From assembly GCA_001938485.1 (NCBI GenBank), contig MQRK01169072.1, positions 20,861 to 77,879 on the forward strand: 57,019 nt of DNA. Direction: 5' to 3'. Source of the stretch: Girardia tigrina. Taxonomy: Eukaryota. This document shows, piece by piece, positions 23,200-36,851 of the stretch; the stretch's first letter is position 1, and the number at the start of each line of letters is the position of its first letter. A program made the translations under genes and the position numbers. The notes below the pieces were generated by a model. The model made no database searches and was not told the origin of the DNA. It worked only from the letters and a program-made list of their open reading frames with translations.

Positions 23200-23610
23200 A
23201 TAATTCTCTCTCGGTATTTCAAAGATTCCTCATCGACGACTCATTTGGATTTTTCATTCTCGCACTTCAACTGAACTTAAAAACATACACAAAAGTCGAA
23301 AATATTTATTTTCATCAAAACATGATACGAATCAATTCAATAGAACCACAAACAGTGCAACTCCACACAACAGCGACCAAATACCCTAACAATAAATATC
23401 ATATCGGAGATTTTTCAACGTACAGCCATCAATCCAACTACGTTCAAGTCATAATCCAAAGCAATTCCGTACATCCATACGAAACAAACAAGATCAATAA
23501 CAATCTTATCCGAATTACAAAAGTTTCCAAAGATCTACGAGCCAAAACTGTTAGTGAAGTATTTTAACTATTGATATCTCCTATCAGACCCTATCTCTGT
23601 TCAGCGTGAT
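23200..23610 (+). mobile_element. Possible decayed LINE RT-thumb fragment
   Basis: NNLIRITKVSKDLRAKTVSEVF*LLISPIRPY is weakly thumb-like; A/C-rich coding-like composition. Confidence 0.3.
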
Positions 23611-23692
23611 ATTATATTTAGCAATCTTTGTTTTTTTTCTTTTCTCCTTCTGTTATTGTTTAAGAATAAAGTCTTCATCACGATAAAAATTG

Positions 23693-23806
23693 GTTTTTTT
23701 ATTTTTGTATTGACAAGTTTTACACATACCAATAATCCATCTTTCATGGTAGCATGATTCCATTAAAGCGATTTCCTGGTAGAAATGCTCTTCATGTTCA
23801 TTTCCG
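23693..23806 (-). repeat. Inverted duplicate of 23009-23123 (Chapaev3-like fragment)
   Basis: The reverse complement encodes GNEHEEHFYQEIALMESCYHERWIIGMCKTCQYKNKK; about 5 substitutions and 1 indel in ~114 nt. Confidence 0.95.
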
Positions 23807-25049
23807 GTTAGTTTAGCTTGTTTCTGGTAGGTTGATACAACATTATGGTTCAAGATTACTTTTGGTTGCCTCAGAATTTTAAAGTCTATTTGAAACTACA
23901 TATTCTACATAAACTTTATATATACTTTGAATCAAACTGTTTTATTTAATAGAATAATGACAAAAGTTCTAATTAATTATTATTTGTTTATTATTTTCAA
24001 TAAAATGACATTTTTTTAAAAAACATTTTTTTGTATATCAGTTTCATTAAAAATAAATAAATTAAGACTCAAAATAATAATAAAAATTACGTTTTTCGAT
24101 TGTAAATAGCAAACACCTACTCGTGAGGTTTTACATTTTTCAGAAAAAGTTTTATAAAAAATCAACAAAAAATCAGTAGAAAAATAAAAAAATAAACTAA
24201 ATTAAATCATATAATAAATATTTTATTTATTTTTATTTAATTAACATATAATAATTTTTTAATTAAACTATTATTTAACAAAAATGTGGTTTCGAATATT
24301 TAAAGAAAATAAATACGATTAATATTTATCAATTATTATTTGTATTAATATATATTAATATTAATAAATATTATTTTAATAACTTTTTCTACAACAGTTA
24401 CTGTATTCAAACATTTTAGCAAATTAAGTTAGACTAATAAACTGGAATTAATTAATAATCGATTAACAAAAAGATAATATTATTTAAAAGTACAATCAGA
24501 AATACAAATCTCATTGATAAAATAAAATCTTTTTTAAAAATTAAATTACTTCTTTCTATTTCCAATAATAATTTTATTATCACAGTTAAATCATATTTTA
24601 TTTTCACTTTTTTGGCATTGAAATATTTCATTTTAAAACAAGAAAATGAATTTGTGATGAGAAAGAAAATGTTTCCGCCATAAATTCTTTAATAAACAAT
24701 ACATCATTTAAATAAATTATAAAATATTGATCATAGTTTTTTTTCTATATTATATTTTATAAAAATTCGTATAATTCATTTTTTAATAATAAAATAAAAT
24801 AAGTTTCAAATATATAAATTCATTAAATATAAATAAATAATTCATAGAATTAAACAGGGTCTCCTTAAAAAAGAGCACTCATATCAATATTGTTTGAAAC
24901 GCTTTTTTCTCAACAAATTCTATTCAAAAGAAAGCAATTATATTGATAAATGATAAGTTTAATTCAAAATCGTCAGGAAAGTATCTGTGTTCTCTCGTCC
25001 ACTTTAAAGGATTATCTCTTCTCAGTCTTTAATAACCTCTCGTTTTAAA

Positions 25050-25680
25050 GATTCTACATTCTGTTTATGTTTTATACTCGTTTTTTTAAGATATTCCATG
25101 GAGAACTTGAAATAATAGGATTCTTCAATAAGGTTGACTCGAAGCACTTGTTAATAATGAGAACTTATTGAAAGCATCACCAGTATCTGATAAATGCTGC
25201 TTATCTCATGTTCTTCAAACACATCTATGTACACGTGATTGTTGATTTTCAAGCCAAAAATATTAAAACTTCCACTTTTTGAATTCTTTATAAGCCAGGA
25301 GGATCTTTTGAACAGATGTAGTTATTTTGAAGGTTAAGTGCCTTTTTGAATGTAAAAACATCTAATCTTTAAAAACCACGTTTTTCTCCTTACTTTGTTA
25401 ACTGGTCTGAGCTTCTATTGTTTCTGATATTCGACACTGATTCTTTGGTTTCCGGAACTATATTTTGACCTAGAACTATCTTAGATACTTTAATCTCCTT
25501 GGTCAATTTTCGAACTAGCTTTATCATGTTTTTTGGATTTCGCAAGATGATTCCTTTTGTTTTTCGTAGTCTTCTATAAGTCTTTTGTGCTTCCTGTTTT
25601 TTTATATCTTTATTATTGCGGTTTACGGTTGTAATTTGTGCACTTGCTGTTCCCGTCCCGAGTCATACATTTGAATAATT
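25050..25680 (-). mobile_element. Highly decayed Tc1/mariner-superfamily (maT/DD37D-like) transposase remnant
   Basis: ILRNPKT (RRNP..S.RK motif) and LNLQNNYI (N.QNDRI motif) remnants; many stops. Confidence 0.35.
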
Positions 25681-26714
25681 GTTTGTTTCAAATTCTTTTT
25701 TAGCAAAAAAATAAATATCACAACAATATAAATATCGAAGTTTCATTTATTTAAGGATACCATGTAAAATATATAAATACTCTTTTTACGAAAAAAGTAG
25801 CTAAAATAATATAGCATCATATAACTTAAAATTTCATAAACCAATTATAAATTCAAAAAATAGGAAAAACATAGAAAGTGTACACCACGTAGAGTTTCCA
25901 GGGTACCCGATTTAAGAATGAAAATATGAGAAATATTGTCCTTTAAATCAAATAAAATATTGAATTGACAAAATATCCTATTCCATTAGGTTGTAATTAA
26001 ACTGAATGAAGGTATAAACTTTAAGTGTACCTCTTGTAATTCTAAAGTAACAAATATTTATGTTATAAATTAACAGATGATTTTTATCCTATTAAACAAT
26101 CAATTTTAGACAGGTCATTTTACAGTCTTTACACGGGGTAAGGTTGCAGTGACGACTAGAGTGTCAAAATCCCATCTTAGAAAATGCAAAGATAGATGGT
26201 ATATGGAATGTGTATCTTCATTAAAAACAGTGTAATGAATTATTAATTTATTTTAGTTTGAACTGTTAGTATTTTTTAAAACTCAATTAAAATTATTCTT
26301 TAATAAATTATTTCTCATCAATTATTAATGAAAATTTATGAGTATATTTTGTCATTTGTACTATTTCATAACCTTCAATAAAAAAGGTTAAATTTGAAAA
26401 CAACTTCATGATAAGGAAGATAAAATTTAATCCATCATATTTTCTCTCTCAGATTGATCAGATTAAATGTCCGAGATGAAATTCGTCTGGGGGAGAAATT
26501 TTCTCTTCAAAAACTCATTGAATAATCAATTAAAAATAGAAATTGAATAATTTATTTTATCATATAATTTTCTTTTAAATTTGAAAAACATATTATTTTT
26601 TTATCAATCAGAGATCCTTTTTATAAATTTTGTAATAATGTATAAAACAAAAAAAATGTTTACAGAAGAAACTAAAAGAATACTATCTCTAAAATTATTT
26701 TATTTACATTTTTA

Positions 26715-27938
26715 TTAGGTTGTTTAGAAAATAATGTAGTTTTTTAACCTTAATCTTTAAAAACAAATATCAACTTTATTAATCGAAATAAAAACCGTTA
26801 GCATCAATACACTTTAGCCAACGTTGCGCAAGTTTATTTATTCCGGTTACATAAAATTCTGGCTTTCTGGAGGCGATGAAATCGTTGAAAGCAGTTTTAG
26901 CATCCCCTTGATTTTTGAAGTATTTCTCCTGGAGGAAGATGTCAAGATGTTTGAAAAAGTGATAATCAGTAGGCGAGAGATCAGGTGAGTATGGTGGATT
27001 ACTCAAAGTTTCGTAGCCAAGTTTGTTTAACAGTTGCATTGTCGGACGTACGATGTGTGGCCGAATGTTGTCGTGGAGAAGAATAGGCCCCTTCCTATTG
27101 ACTAATGCTTGTTCATTTGGACAATTTCCTGACAGTATCTCTCTGTCGTTATTCTTTCTCTGGATTTAGGAAGCTATGATGAATAACACCGGCTGCAGAC
27201 AACCAAACAGTCACCATCATCTTTTTTGGTAAAATTTCGGCCGCGGAAAGGGTTATGGAGCTTGATCGTGGTCAAATCATTGAGAGGAACGTCTCCGATT
27301 GTCATAGAGAATCCACTTTTCATCACACGTTACAATTGGGTCCAAAATCGCATCATTCTTGTTCCTTAGATGAAGTGAAGACGATGCCCCAAAACGACCC
27401 ATTTTAGATTTTCATTTAATTCGTATGGAATCCATTTATCCAGTTTTTTGACTTCCCAATGTTCCTATCGTGACACCTAGTTCTTCCACAAGCTGTCGAA
27501 CTGTTGTGCGTGGATTTGCTTCTACTATAGCCTTCAAATTTTCATATTCAATAGCAGGTTTCCGTCTACGGACATCATCATTTTGAAGGTCTCATCTCCT
27601 TCTTGAAATTATTTGAACCAATGTTCTAACATACGTTCGTTTGTGGTTCCATCGCCCAATGCCCCATTGATATTACGGGTGGCCTCCGATGCTTTGTGAT
27701 CAAGTTTGAAATCATATCAAAAATTGCTCGTAATTGCGCTTTTTGCATATTGACCACTATTTAAATAAACACATTATTTTAAAGTTAATATTTAAACGAA
27801 GTATCATAAAAATATATAGAGTTTTTCATGACCTTTGAAATTATGTATAAAACATAAATAAATAAAAAAGATTTATTTCAAAACAGGATCAAAAATCAGG
27901 ACCATTCAAAAAACGACATTATTTTTTAAACAATCTAA
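26715..27938 (-). mobile_element. Full-length (1224 bp) non-autonomous mariner with both TIRs and TA TSD
   Basis: TA|TTAGGTTGTTTAGAAAATAATGTAGTTTTT ... AAAAACGACATTATTTTTTAAACAATCTAA|TA. Transposase MQKAQLRAI...TCDEKW...LLHDNIRPH...PPYSPDLSPTDYHFFKHL with stops and frameshifts (cecropia-like). Confidence 0.95.
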
Positions 27939-28119
27939 TATTTTATATTTTGTTTATAAAGAAAAAATTTTATTTTGTGTTAATGTTAATAAATTTGTAT
28001 ATTTTTAAAGAAGAAAATTGCTCATAAATGATAAACAAGAGATTTGATTTATATCAAGTTTACTTTTTTTTTGGACAAAAAGATTATTTTGGACAATATT
28101 TAAAAAACATACATTACCA

Positions 28120-28596
28120 TAGGCCATATTTTAACAGTTTTTTACAGGGCACCAACTTTCTGACAATGTCGTGAAAATGAAACCTTTTTTTCCGAAATGC
28201 ATCTTTTTCAAACAATACAGGAAATAACTTTTAGTATTGATAACCTTCAATGAATAATTCTGGTTGACCACTGTACACATGCACAGTCATAACATGATCT
28301 ATAGAAATGGGACTGTGATTATCATTAGAACAATGAGTTTATGAATCAGTCTATTTGCCGTGCTGCAAAGAGTAAGACTCAAAATGGGGGAGCGAGCGAT
28401 ATAGAAAGATAAAGTTTATGTCTAATGTTTATTTCTCCGATAAACCAGTTACATCTGGAGGTGGAAGAATATGGAGCTACACCACGGAATATTCTATGTG
28501 GGTGTCCATTTCCTCTATTAATCAATGACTGGGAACCCAAAATTTCACACTGGGCACCCATTTGGGTGCCCAGTTACTATGTTAAAACATTACCTG
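28120..28596. mobile_element. hAT-type MITE (477 bp) with 8-bp TSD
   Basis: Perfect TSD CATTACCA (28112-28119 and 28597-28604); imperfect 16-bp TIRs TAGGCCATATTTTAAC / GTTAAAACATTACCTG; subterminal GGGCACCCA repeats. Confidence 0.85.
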
Positions 28597-29789
28597 CATT
28601 ACCAAATTAATTTGCTGTGACATCCTCAAACATCAATGTCGTCCAAGAACAAGGTAAGCCGTAATATTCATTTGGAGATGCTTTTATCTTTGAAAAACAA
28701 GTAAGTAAACCACTAAAAATTTAATAATAAACTATTATTAAATGATGAAGAGGTGCTCCAGACTCTTTAAACCCGTTTGCAAAGAGAGCCAAAATTTAAT
28801 TATAAATTAATTCGAAACAAAAGTTATTTTGATTAAAAGTATCGATGTTTCAAGATTAAATAGTTACATATAATTTGGGAGGTGAAACTGAAAATGAGTT
28901 TGTATATATGTATGAATAAAAGATTTTATTTGGATAATTGTTTCTCTTTAACTGGTTCTTTCTTTGATTACATATCCATAGAAATAACAAAAACAAAACA
29001 AAAAAAGAATAAAAAACATTAATTAATAATTAATTAGAGATCTTAAACCACTGATTTATTGAAGATAGTTTGGAACTGTTTATACATTTTTATATTATTT
29101 TTGTATATTATCTCAAAGAAAGGTTTTTTATAATATCGAAGGAAATGTTAATTGATCATATAATTTATATTTTCATGCTAATATTTTCTTTACTAAATAT
29201 ATCCAGACATTTCATAAATGATTTTAGGATGTTTTTTTCATAGAATCCCCAAGTAGAGGTTTGAAAGGTTCATTGTATGGAATTTTCATTTACCATTCTT
29301 CTGTAATAAAGTGTTTTTTTAATTTACCATGGTAACGAATTAATAAATTCCGTCATTATTAATATGATATTTAATCGTTTGTCTTGAAAAAACAAGTACT
29401 AATAAATTATTTTACTAACGTTATTAAGAACACTAATATTATTTCCAATACTTTTACTGACATCACAACTCGAAATGCCTCCAGAACAATTCTCCACAAA
29501 ACTTTCATATTAAGATATCGTTATTTATTGATAAATTTTTAATTCTATACCTAAAACTCTAATTATTCGAAAAAAAATTAAATTACAATTCCTTACTTAA
29601 ATATTTAAAAATTATTTTCAAAAATATTTTTATTCATTTTAAATATATTATTTGTGATAAAATAAATCTTTACGTTATAATCCACTATTTAATATTGTTA
29701 TATATTTATGGATTAAAATATGTTAATTTGATTTTAAAGTTGTTATTTACATTTAAAAATTGTCATAATAATGTAACGGTTCAAAACAT

Positions 29790-29882
29790 TTAAATATCAA
29801 TCTTCCATCTAGGTGGAAGAAACACAATCCTAAAACAACATACCAAACAACATACAATAAACACCATTCACAAACGTAAAAA
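29790..29882 (-). repeat. Diverged LTR remnant, same Gypsy LTR family
   Basis: AATATCAATCTTCCATCTAGGTGGAAGAAACACAATCCTAAAACAACATAC matches the conserved LTR core. Confidence 0.6.
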
Positions 29883-30659
29883 GATAAATCCCCAAGCAAT
29901 TAGTCTATTGTAAAGGATTTTTTTACTTTCCTATTCCTATGGACAAAAAAATCTTCTGATTAAATTCCTCCAGTACGGTTTTGTGGGACAAGTAAAAAAA
30001 TCGATATATATGTAGAAAATCTTCAAACAAAAGAAGATTTATAAATGAAAGTAACAACCGTTATTAAAATCATAGAATCTCATTAGTATGTTATATTGGT
30101 ACATTACATTACACAAAAAATAGTATTAAAACAAATATAATTTTTTTAAAAACTGAAGAGCAAAAATCGTAAATGTAATAAGAAATTCAGTTACATTTTA
30201 TGTATTTTATGCTTGAATTGAATCGTTTTTTGTATTAATAATTTAGACAAGCTTTAACAGTTTCATAGAATTAATAAAGCGTATCTTATTCTTTATTATT
30301 CAAATATTATATAAAAAGAAAAAATATTAACAATATCACAATTTGAATGTAAACATTTATTGACAACACAAACAGATTCTTTACAACAATTTTCAGAGAG
30401 CATCTTTGATTGATATCGTTTTTGTTTATGTATTCAAATCTAAAAAAACAATCATTGGGAAAATTTTTAATATTAATTTTTAATTTCTTAAATGTTATTG
30501 GATAAAAAGGCATTATGTAATTTTTTAAATGAACATTAATTTTTAAAATATATTAAATTTAATAAGTTAAAATCGTTTACTAAAAATATTATTAAAATTC
30601 ATAATTATAAAACTTTAATTAATTAGTACTTAAAATTAATATCATTAGATTCAAATAAT

Positions 30660-30756
30660 CAATCAATAAACATATCAATTCCATCTGAATAAGAGATTCA
30701 CAAATCTAAACAGCATACAAACAACAAACTTACAACATTCCAAATAATCACTCACA
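30660..30756 (-). repeat. Diverged LTR remnant, same Gypsy LTR family
   Basis: TTCCATCTGAATAAGAGATTCACAAATCTAAACAGCATACAA...CTCACA. Confidence 0.55.
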
Positions 30757-31464
30757 AATATTTTAAAAAAATTGGAAAAAAATATTAAAATAAAATATAT
30801 TTATATATGATTAAAACAAATGCATCTTAAAAAAAATTCATTCCGTAAAAAAAGTTGTTTTAATTATCAATAAATGAAACAACATATCGGCGAATGAATA
30901 ATGCAAAAAAAGTAAATCGCTTCTGTTACAACCTATTCTCACTGAAAGAAATATTTTTGTCAAATGGTCAACGTGTGTGGCAAAACTAATTCTTTATTGA
31001 TTTGTCAAATTCAAACAAAATATTATAATGAGTAATGTACATATAAAAATACTGGAGCCATTGGTGCATAGCAATTATTAGAATCTATAAAAAAGTCTTC
31101 TATGAATGGTGAGCTCTAATCCAGACATGGCTCCAATGAGTGGATTAAGAGTTGTTACAGTTAATAAAACAATAACTCACATCTGTTTGTTTTTACTGTT
31201 TTGTTGTCAACAGAACAACAATATGATTTATGTCAGTTGAATTGGTCATTAAAAATCTATATAATTGTACACTTTTCTTATTTTATTATTTATTTTGAAT
31301 ATATTAATATTTATATGGATTTTCTGTTTTTTTTCACATTTCCAAAAGGAAATCTATTTGCGTTTATTTATTTATATTATTTGAAATATAAAAATATATA
31401 AAATGTACTTCATTGTGATATATGACAAAATATTTTTTTAAAGCATTTTTTTAAAAAATTGATT

Positions 31465-31506
31465 TTTGTAGATATTTTGGAACTTTATTTCCATCATCAG
31501 TAATTA
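31465..31506 (-). ncRNA. Degenerate PLE hammerhead motif
   Basis: ATTA-CTGATGA-T-GGAA-ATAAAG-TTCC-AAAA-TATC-TA-CAA; the GAAA box is mutated to AAAA. Confidence 0.55.
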
Positions 31507-32350
31507 TAATGTAATGTGTAAGATAATAAAATGTTAATTAATTTGATATTTCATCTGTAAATATAATTTTTTATAAGCTTTGATGGGATAATAATTGTAT
31601 TTTTTTATTTATTTTATAATTAAAAATTTTAGGAATTGAAACGGTCTAACTTAGCCCATTTTAAATATTAATTATTTGGTTGCAGTGTCTTATCAATAGT
31701 GATTCAATAAACTGTCTCTTCTAATGTGAATCAAAGCACCTCTGTAAAATAGAAAGCTCATCTTTTGAAATAGTAGAGATTATATTTTTACAATAGTACT
31801 AGCAATCAAGAATCTTACTCGTACGAATTGATTGTGAATGCTCCCTAAACCGGGTTTTGAGATGACAATTTGTTTCTCAAAATTACTAGTTTTTACATCC
31901 GTGAAAATTAAATTTATAAACCAGATTAGCTTGCAATCTACAAATCGTTTTCAATATATTTGAAAGAAATCTTTGAACTTTGGATATCATTGAAACCATT
32001 TTGACGCAACCTATTATTCTAGTAAATATTCTTCTTAAATGCATTAAATCCTTCAGAATATGGTATTTTGATTATCTTTTCAATTTATTATTTTTTAGTC
32101 CTTTCTTAACCCGTATATGTGTACAAAATTATTCCGATGTAAATTTAATGTTTTTATCTAAATGTTTGTTTGTGAACACATGTTTTCCCTTAAGCGTCCT
32201 TTAAGAATATACAAACCATTGTCTGCGATTTTAAAATTGGAAGACAAATTCCAAACTCTGTGGTGATTCAAATCAAACCCAGAAAATCAATATGACATTC
32301 AAAATAATGTTTCTAAATTTTTGTGTATACTTACTGTATGACAATTTATT
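31465..32350 (-). mobile_element. Decayed Penelope-like element 3' part (thumb, GIY-YIG, pLTR)
   Basis: RVWNLSSNFK, KIPYSEGF, NLVYKFNFHGC..ETNCHLKTRFREH, FIESLLI on the minus strand; hammerhead remnant downstream. Confidence 0.8.
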
Positions 32351-32679
32351 CTATGTTCTAGTTTTCTTTTTAAATCTGTTTTTTGAATTTGTTTGAAATT
32401 TGATTTGCCTGATCTCTTTAAAACAGTCATAACTACCTGTACTAGTCAGGAGACGACACTCGTTATACCTGTGCAAAAATTCAAACTCGACCTAGTGTAA
32501 CAGTATGGTGTGGAATAACTAGCGATAGTATTGTTGATCTCTTTATTCTTCATGATAATATGAATGTTGAAAGGAACTTCGCTGTGTTGACAGATGAAGT
32601 TTGTCCAATTATCAATTGGTACAATATTGAAGATCTGACTTTCAAGCAAGATTAAGCTGCTCTACACTTTACTATCATT

Positions 32680-32953
32680 GTTTTACTGAATAATCAATTT
32701 CTTGGAGGATGAGTCATTGGGGTTTGCAAGAATTGCTAGCCCGATTTTCTGACTTAACACAATGCGACTTTTTTCTAAGGAGTTTGTTTAAAGAGAACGT
32801 CTACTCAAGCAAACAGAGAAATTTGGAAGAACTTGAAAGGTGAATACGTGAAGTTATGGTTTTCATCAAGATTTTTTTGTGAAGTTAGTTGATGTGATTC
32901 CTGGTCGACTTGAAAAACTGGTGGTAAATGATGGTTTCTATATTGAATTTTGA
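32680..32953 (+). mobile_element. DD41D (rosa-like) Tc1/mariner transposase C-terminal remnant
   Basis: ARFSDLTQCDFFLRSLFKENVYSSKQRNLEELER.IRE...GRLEKLVVNDGFYIEF* corresponds to PRSPDLTPCDFFLWG.LK..VY. Confidence 0.7.
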
Positions 32954-35900
32954 ATAAAGTTCATGCAATAGATTTATTAAACTCATAAATTATTATTATA
33001 CATATATAATTCATGTTAATATTTATATAATTTTTCTGATTAAAAAATTGATATTTATTTAATAAATTATAATTATTTAAAACAAACAAAAACATTTAAT
33101 TAATTTTTAATTTCCGGTTTTATTGAAAACCAATATTTATTGAATTATTATATTAATTATTTAATTAATTTTGTCATTAATTTAAACGAATTTATTTGAC
33201 AAAAATATTATATTTTAAATATTTTAAAATCCATGATGCAAAAAGTCAATAAACTAAGTATTAAAAACTAATATAATAAGATTAATCTTTTCATGTCCAT
33301 TTACGTTCCTAGGGTTGGATAGTACATTATTAAACTTTTTAAAATTGCTTTTGTTTTTTAATGATTATGGCTATTTTTAAATTTTTGTTATGATTATATG
33401 TAATAATTAATAACTAAATTTATATTTCTAAATGTTTGAGTATCGAAAATTTAATTTTTGTACAAAAAAATTGACAATTCATGTGCAATAGTTATGTATA
33501 AATGTTTCTAAGTACACATTATAACAGAGGAATTATCCAGAAATGTCTTAATAAAATATACATAAATAAACGTAACACAACTTATTTGGTTTGCCTTAGT
33601 GTCAAATAATGTGTTTAAGGCCGAGTGGATGTTGCTGCTACCTTTTGATTTATCAATTGATTGTCCAATCTGTTCATGTCCATATATTGGGCGTATAATA
33701 AAAATAAGAAGATGAAGCATAACTATAAAGGATTATCATTAGACTTTCAATGGTACTTATTTGGAACGATAGTACCAGATTTTTTTTAAAGAAAATTTTA
33801 AGAGAAACTTAAGGCTGATATGAAAACCACTTTTCAGAATTTTTTTATTCCTTAGTTTTGTAATGGAAATCAGATCTCAATTACTAAAGGAAAGAAGTTA
33901 TTCGTTGTTATAAAATCTGTTATTTATATTTATCCTTTAGAGTATGTTATATCAATTCGACACCATTTATACTTGTGATTGATATTAATGAGATTAATAA
34001 AACGGAAGATCAAACTCAAATATCCAATCTCAAGACTGACAGAAATACTTTAATTAAACAGTATAAAATTGATTAATCAATAAGGCAAAAGTCAAATTTT
34101 AAAATAATATTCGTTCGAATCACTTTAATTTGAAAACAACGTAAACTAAAACAAAAATATTTCTAATAAATAAATAATACAGAGAAGCAAAAGAATAATA
34201 AAATTAAAGTTAATAATAAATTAAAATTCAATATTTATAGAAATTAATAAAATAATTATAAAATAAAAATTATTTTTATCATTTCTTTAAAATTTCAAGA
34301 TTCCACCGACACGGATAAATATTTTCAGTTTGATATTTTTTAAACTTCGAACTAATATCAAAATATAATTATTTTTTTATTTTCATTTTTTGTCTTAGTG
34401 AGGTAATTAAAAGATTCTCTTGGGTAACGTGAAAGACAAATTTCATTAATTTTTAAAATTGAAGTACAAAAAAAATTTTTAGTTAAATATTTTTTTAAAA
34501 GTGAAGTAAATATAATTTTCATTTTTTGTTTTACAGTTCATTTATTCACGACGAACATATAATTTGACGAAATTTAAGTTAAACAAATTTATATATTTTG
34601 AAATATTAATTGAATATTTGAGATATAATTCAATTTAGACTTTAAATGAAAATAAAATTTAAAATTTCCTACAAAAGACTTGGCTTCTGTGAAGAGTTAG
34701 GACTTTATCGATAAAGGTTTAAGGTTTATTCGTTTTTAATTCAGATTCTGATTTCAATTAGAAATATTTTTTCATCTCCAATGTATTACCAATATTACCA
34801 ATACAATTAAACAATCCTTAAATCTCAAAACAGTTTTCAAAATATGGCACTTTCAAAATCAGTTTAACCACCTCAAAATTCTAATTCTTGATTGTTAACT
34901 TTGTACTCAATGTTGGTTTTAACCGTTTTTCAAGTGTATTATCAGAGTACATTTTCTAATTCAGTCTTTTTTAGAATGTTCAAAACTTTATGAATTAAAT
35001 TAAAGGTTGAAGATAAAGACAATATTACGTAAATCAAGCATTTAAGAAGACCACATTTGTATTTTTCTTCAAAAGAAACCTCTACAGTGATGTTTACAGT
35101 CATGTATCCGTTCCTTTTATGTATAAATATATATCCTTGTTGAAAGAACACTAAAAAAAGAGAGCATGTTGTGGTTAATTTATAATATTGTTTTGGTTGT
35201 CTTTAAAGGATGGAGAAAAGGGTCTGAAAAAATTATACATGAAAGAAACGTCAACCAAGACCTTTCACAATTCAAAAAACTAATTTTTTTCTAAAAAAGA
35301 TCTTTATTTAATTCTCTTTGATGGATCAATTTCGCTTGCAATTTATTTTTTATTGATTTGATTGCCGTTTGCTTTTATCATATGTAAACCACCACACTTA
35401 CCTTAACACTAAAAACTTTACTACCATTATTTATGCTTCACTTTGAATTTCCAGAGCAATAAAATATTCAAACAAATAAATCAGTTATTTTCAAGTTTAC
35501 TTTTTTTGACTTTGATTGTTCGTGACATTTTGGACACCTTTATGTAACACTTAGCTATATAAAGGTTTATATAAAACAATGTGACGTCATAAATAAGTTA
35601 AACGTTTCGAAAGAATCTTCGAAATCTTAATTACCTGAACTTGTTTAAAATTCAGCAAACAATGTAAGAAGATGAAATAAAATTTAGTTCCGGAATCAAA
35701 ATAAGGATGGTCTATTTGAATACAAAATGGCTGGCATGAAAGAATAACTGATAGGGGAATTGAAGAATAAAGCAAATGAGATGAAAGTGGTTAATTAGAA
35801 ATTACGATAGATTTTATAAAATATTGAATCAATTGTACCTTAAAAATTAATTTATTCCGGGAGAAGTCCAAATAAAATTTAAAAACAATACTCTCATGAG

Positions 35901-36018
35901 AATCATACTTTGAACTTCATTTGGACTTTTCATCGGAATTGTTTGAATAATAATAATATTGTTTACGGTACAAGTAATTCAATACTTTATAAAATCTATT
36001 TTAATTTCCAATTAATAT

Positions 36019-36851
36019 AGTATTTCTGTCACTCCCTTCCAGAAAAACTCGTCGATCTTCTTTTCTTTCCATCAGATCTTCAGCATTCTCTGGTAGCACT
36101 TTATTTCAAACGCTTTAAGTCTATTTATGCTTTTCTGATTTATTGTCCAATTCTCGAATCCAAAGAAAAGTATTGCTCCGGCAATACTTTTCGTAATCTT
36201 TATTCTGCTCTTGAGTCTAATTTTTTTAGGTTAAAAACTGTGATAAGCCTAATTACTGCGCTAGTTGCTATACCAATCCGACTTCTGATTTCTTCTTCTG
36301 TTTCTCCATTTTTTGTAATAGTAGAATTTAAATATTTGAAATTCTTAACTTATTCCAGCTTCTCCCCTTCAATGTCGACTTCCAGTTTAACCTCGTTGTT
36401 ACGGCTTCAGGAAACCATTATTTTGCTTTTTTTTCTCTGTTTATTTCAATTCCAAATTTCTTTGACGCTTTGCGCAGTCTATTGGTAAGTTCCTGAATTT
36501 TTGATTCATCTTTACCAATTAATTATATGTATTCAACAAATCGTAAGTTGGTTATCCTTGTTCCTCCGCAATTCCAACATTGTCCACGTCGTCTATTGCT
36601 TTAATAACAAATCTCTCAGGGAAAAGGTTGAACAATTTTGGTGAAAGAATGCAACCTTTTCTTACTCCTACTGATGATTTAAACCAGTCGCAAAATTTCT
36701 CGCTTGTCAAACATTTTCTCTTTGCGTCTTCTTAAAGGCTCTAAATAATTCTCTTAATATGTTTTCTCATGTTGTGTTTTTTCATAGTGTGTCATAGTGC
36801 TTCGTGCAAACCCTGCCAACAGCTTTTTTTAAAATGTATAAAGTTATGACA
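36019..36851 (-). mobile_element. RTE LINE fragment (RT core and thumb), same family as 6688-9209
   Basis: Nucleotide similarity to 6970-7205 and 7400-7522. It retains the GVRKGCILSPKLFNLF and FKYLNS motifs deleted in the other copy. Confidence 0.9.

Noticed and set aside
28600-28785. Possible GIY-YIG tail and fifth hammerhead (ATGATGA-AGAG..CTCT-TTAAA-CCCG-TT)
   Set aside because: Both core boxes are mutated and the peptide similarity is too weak to call.
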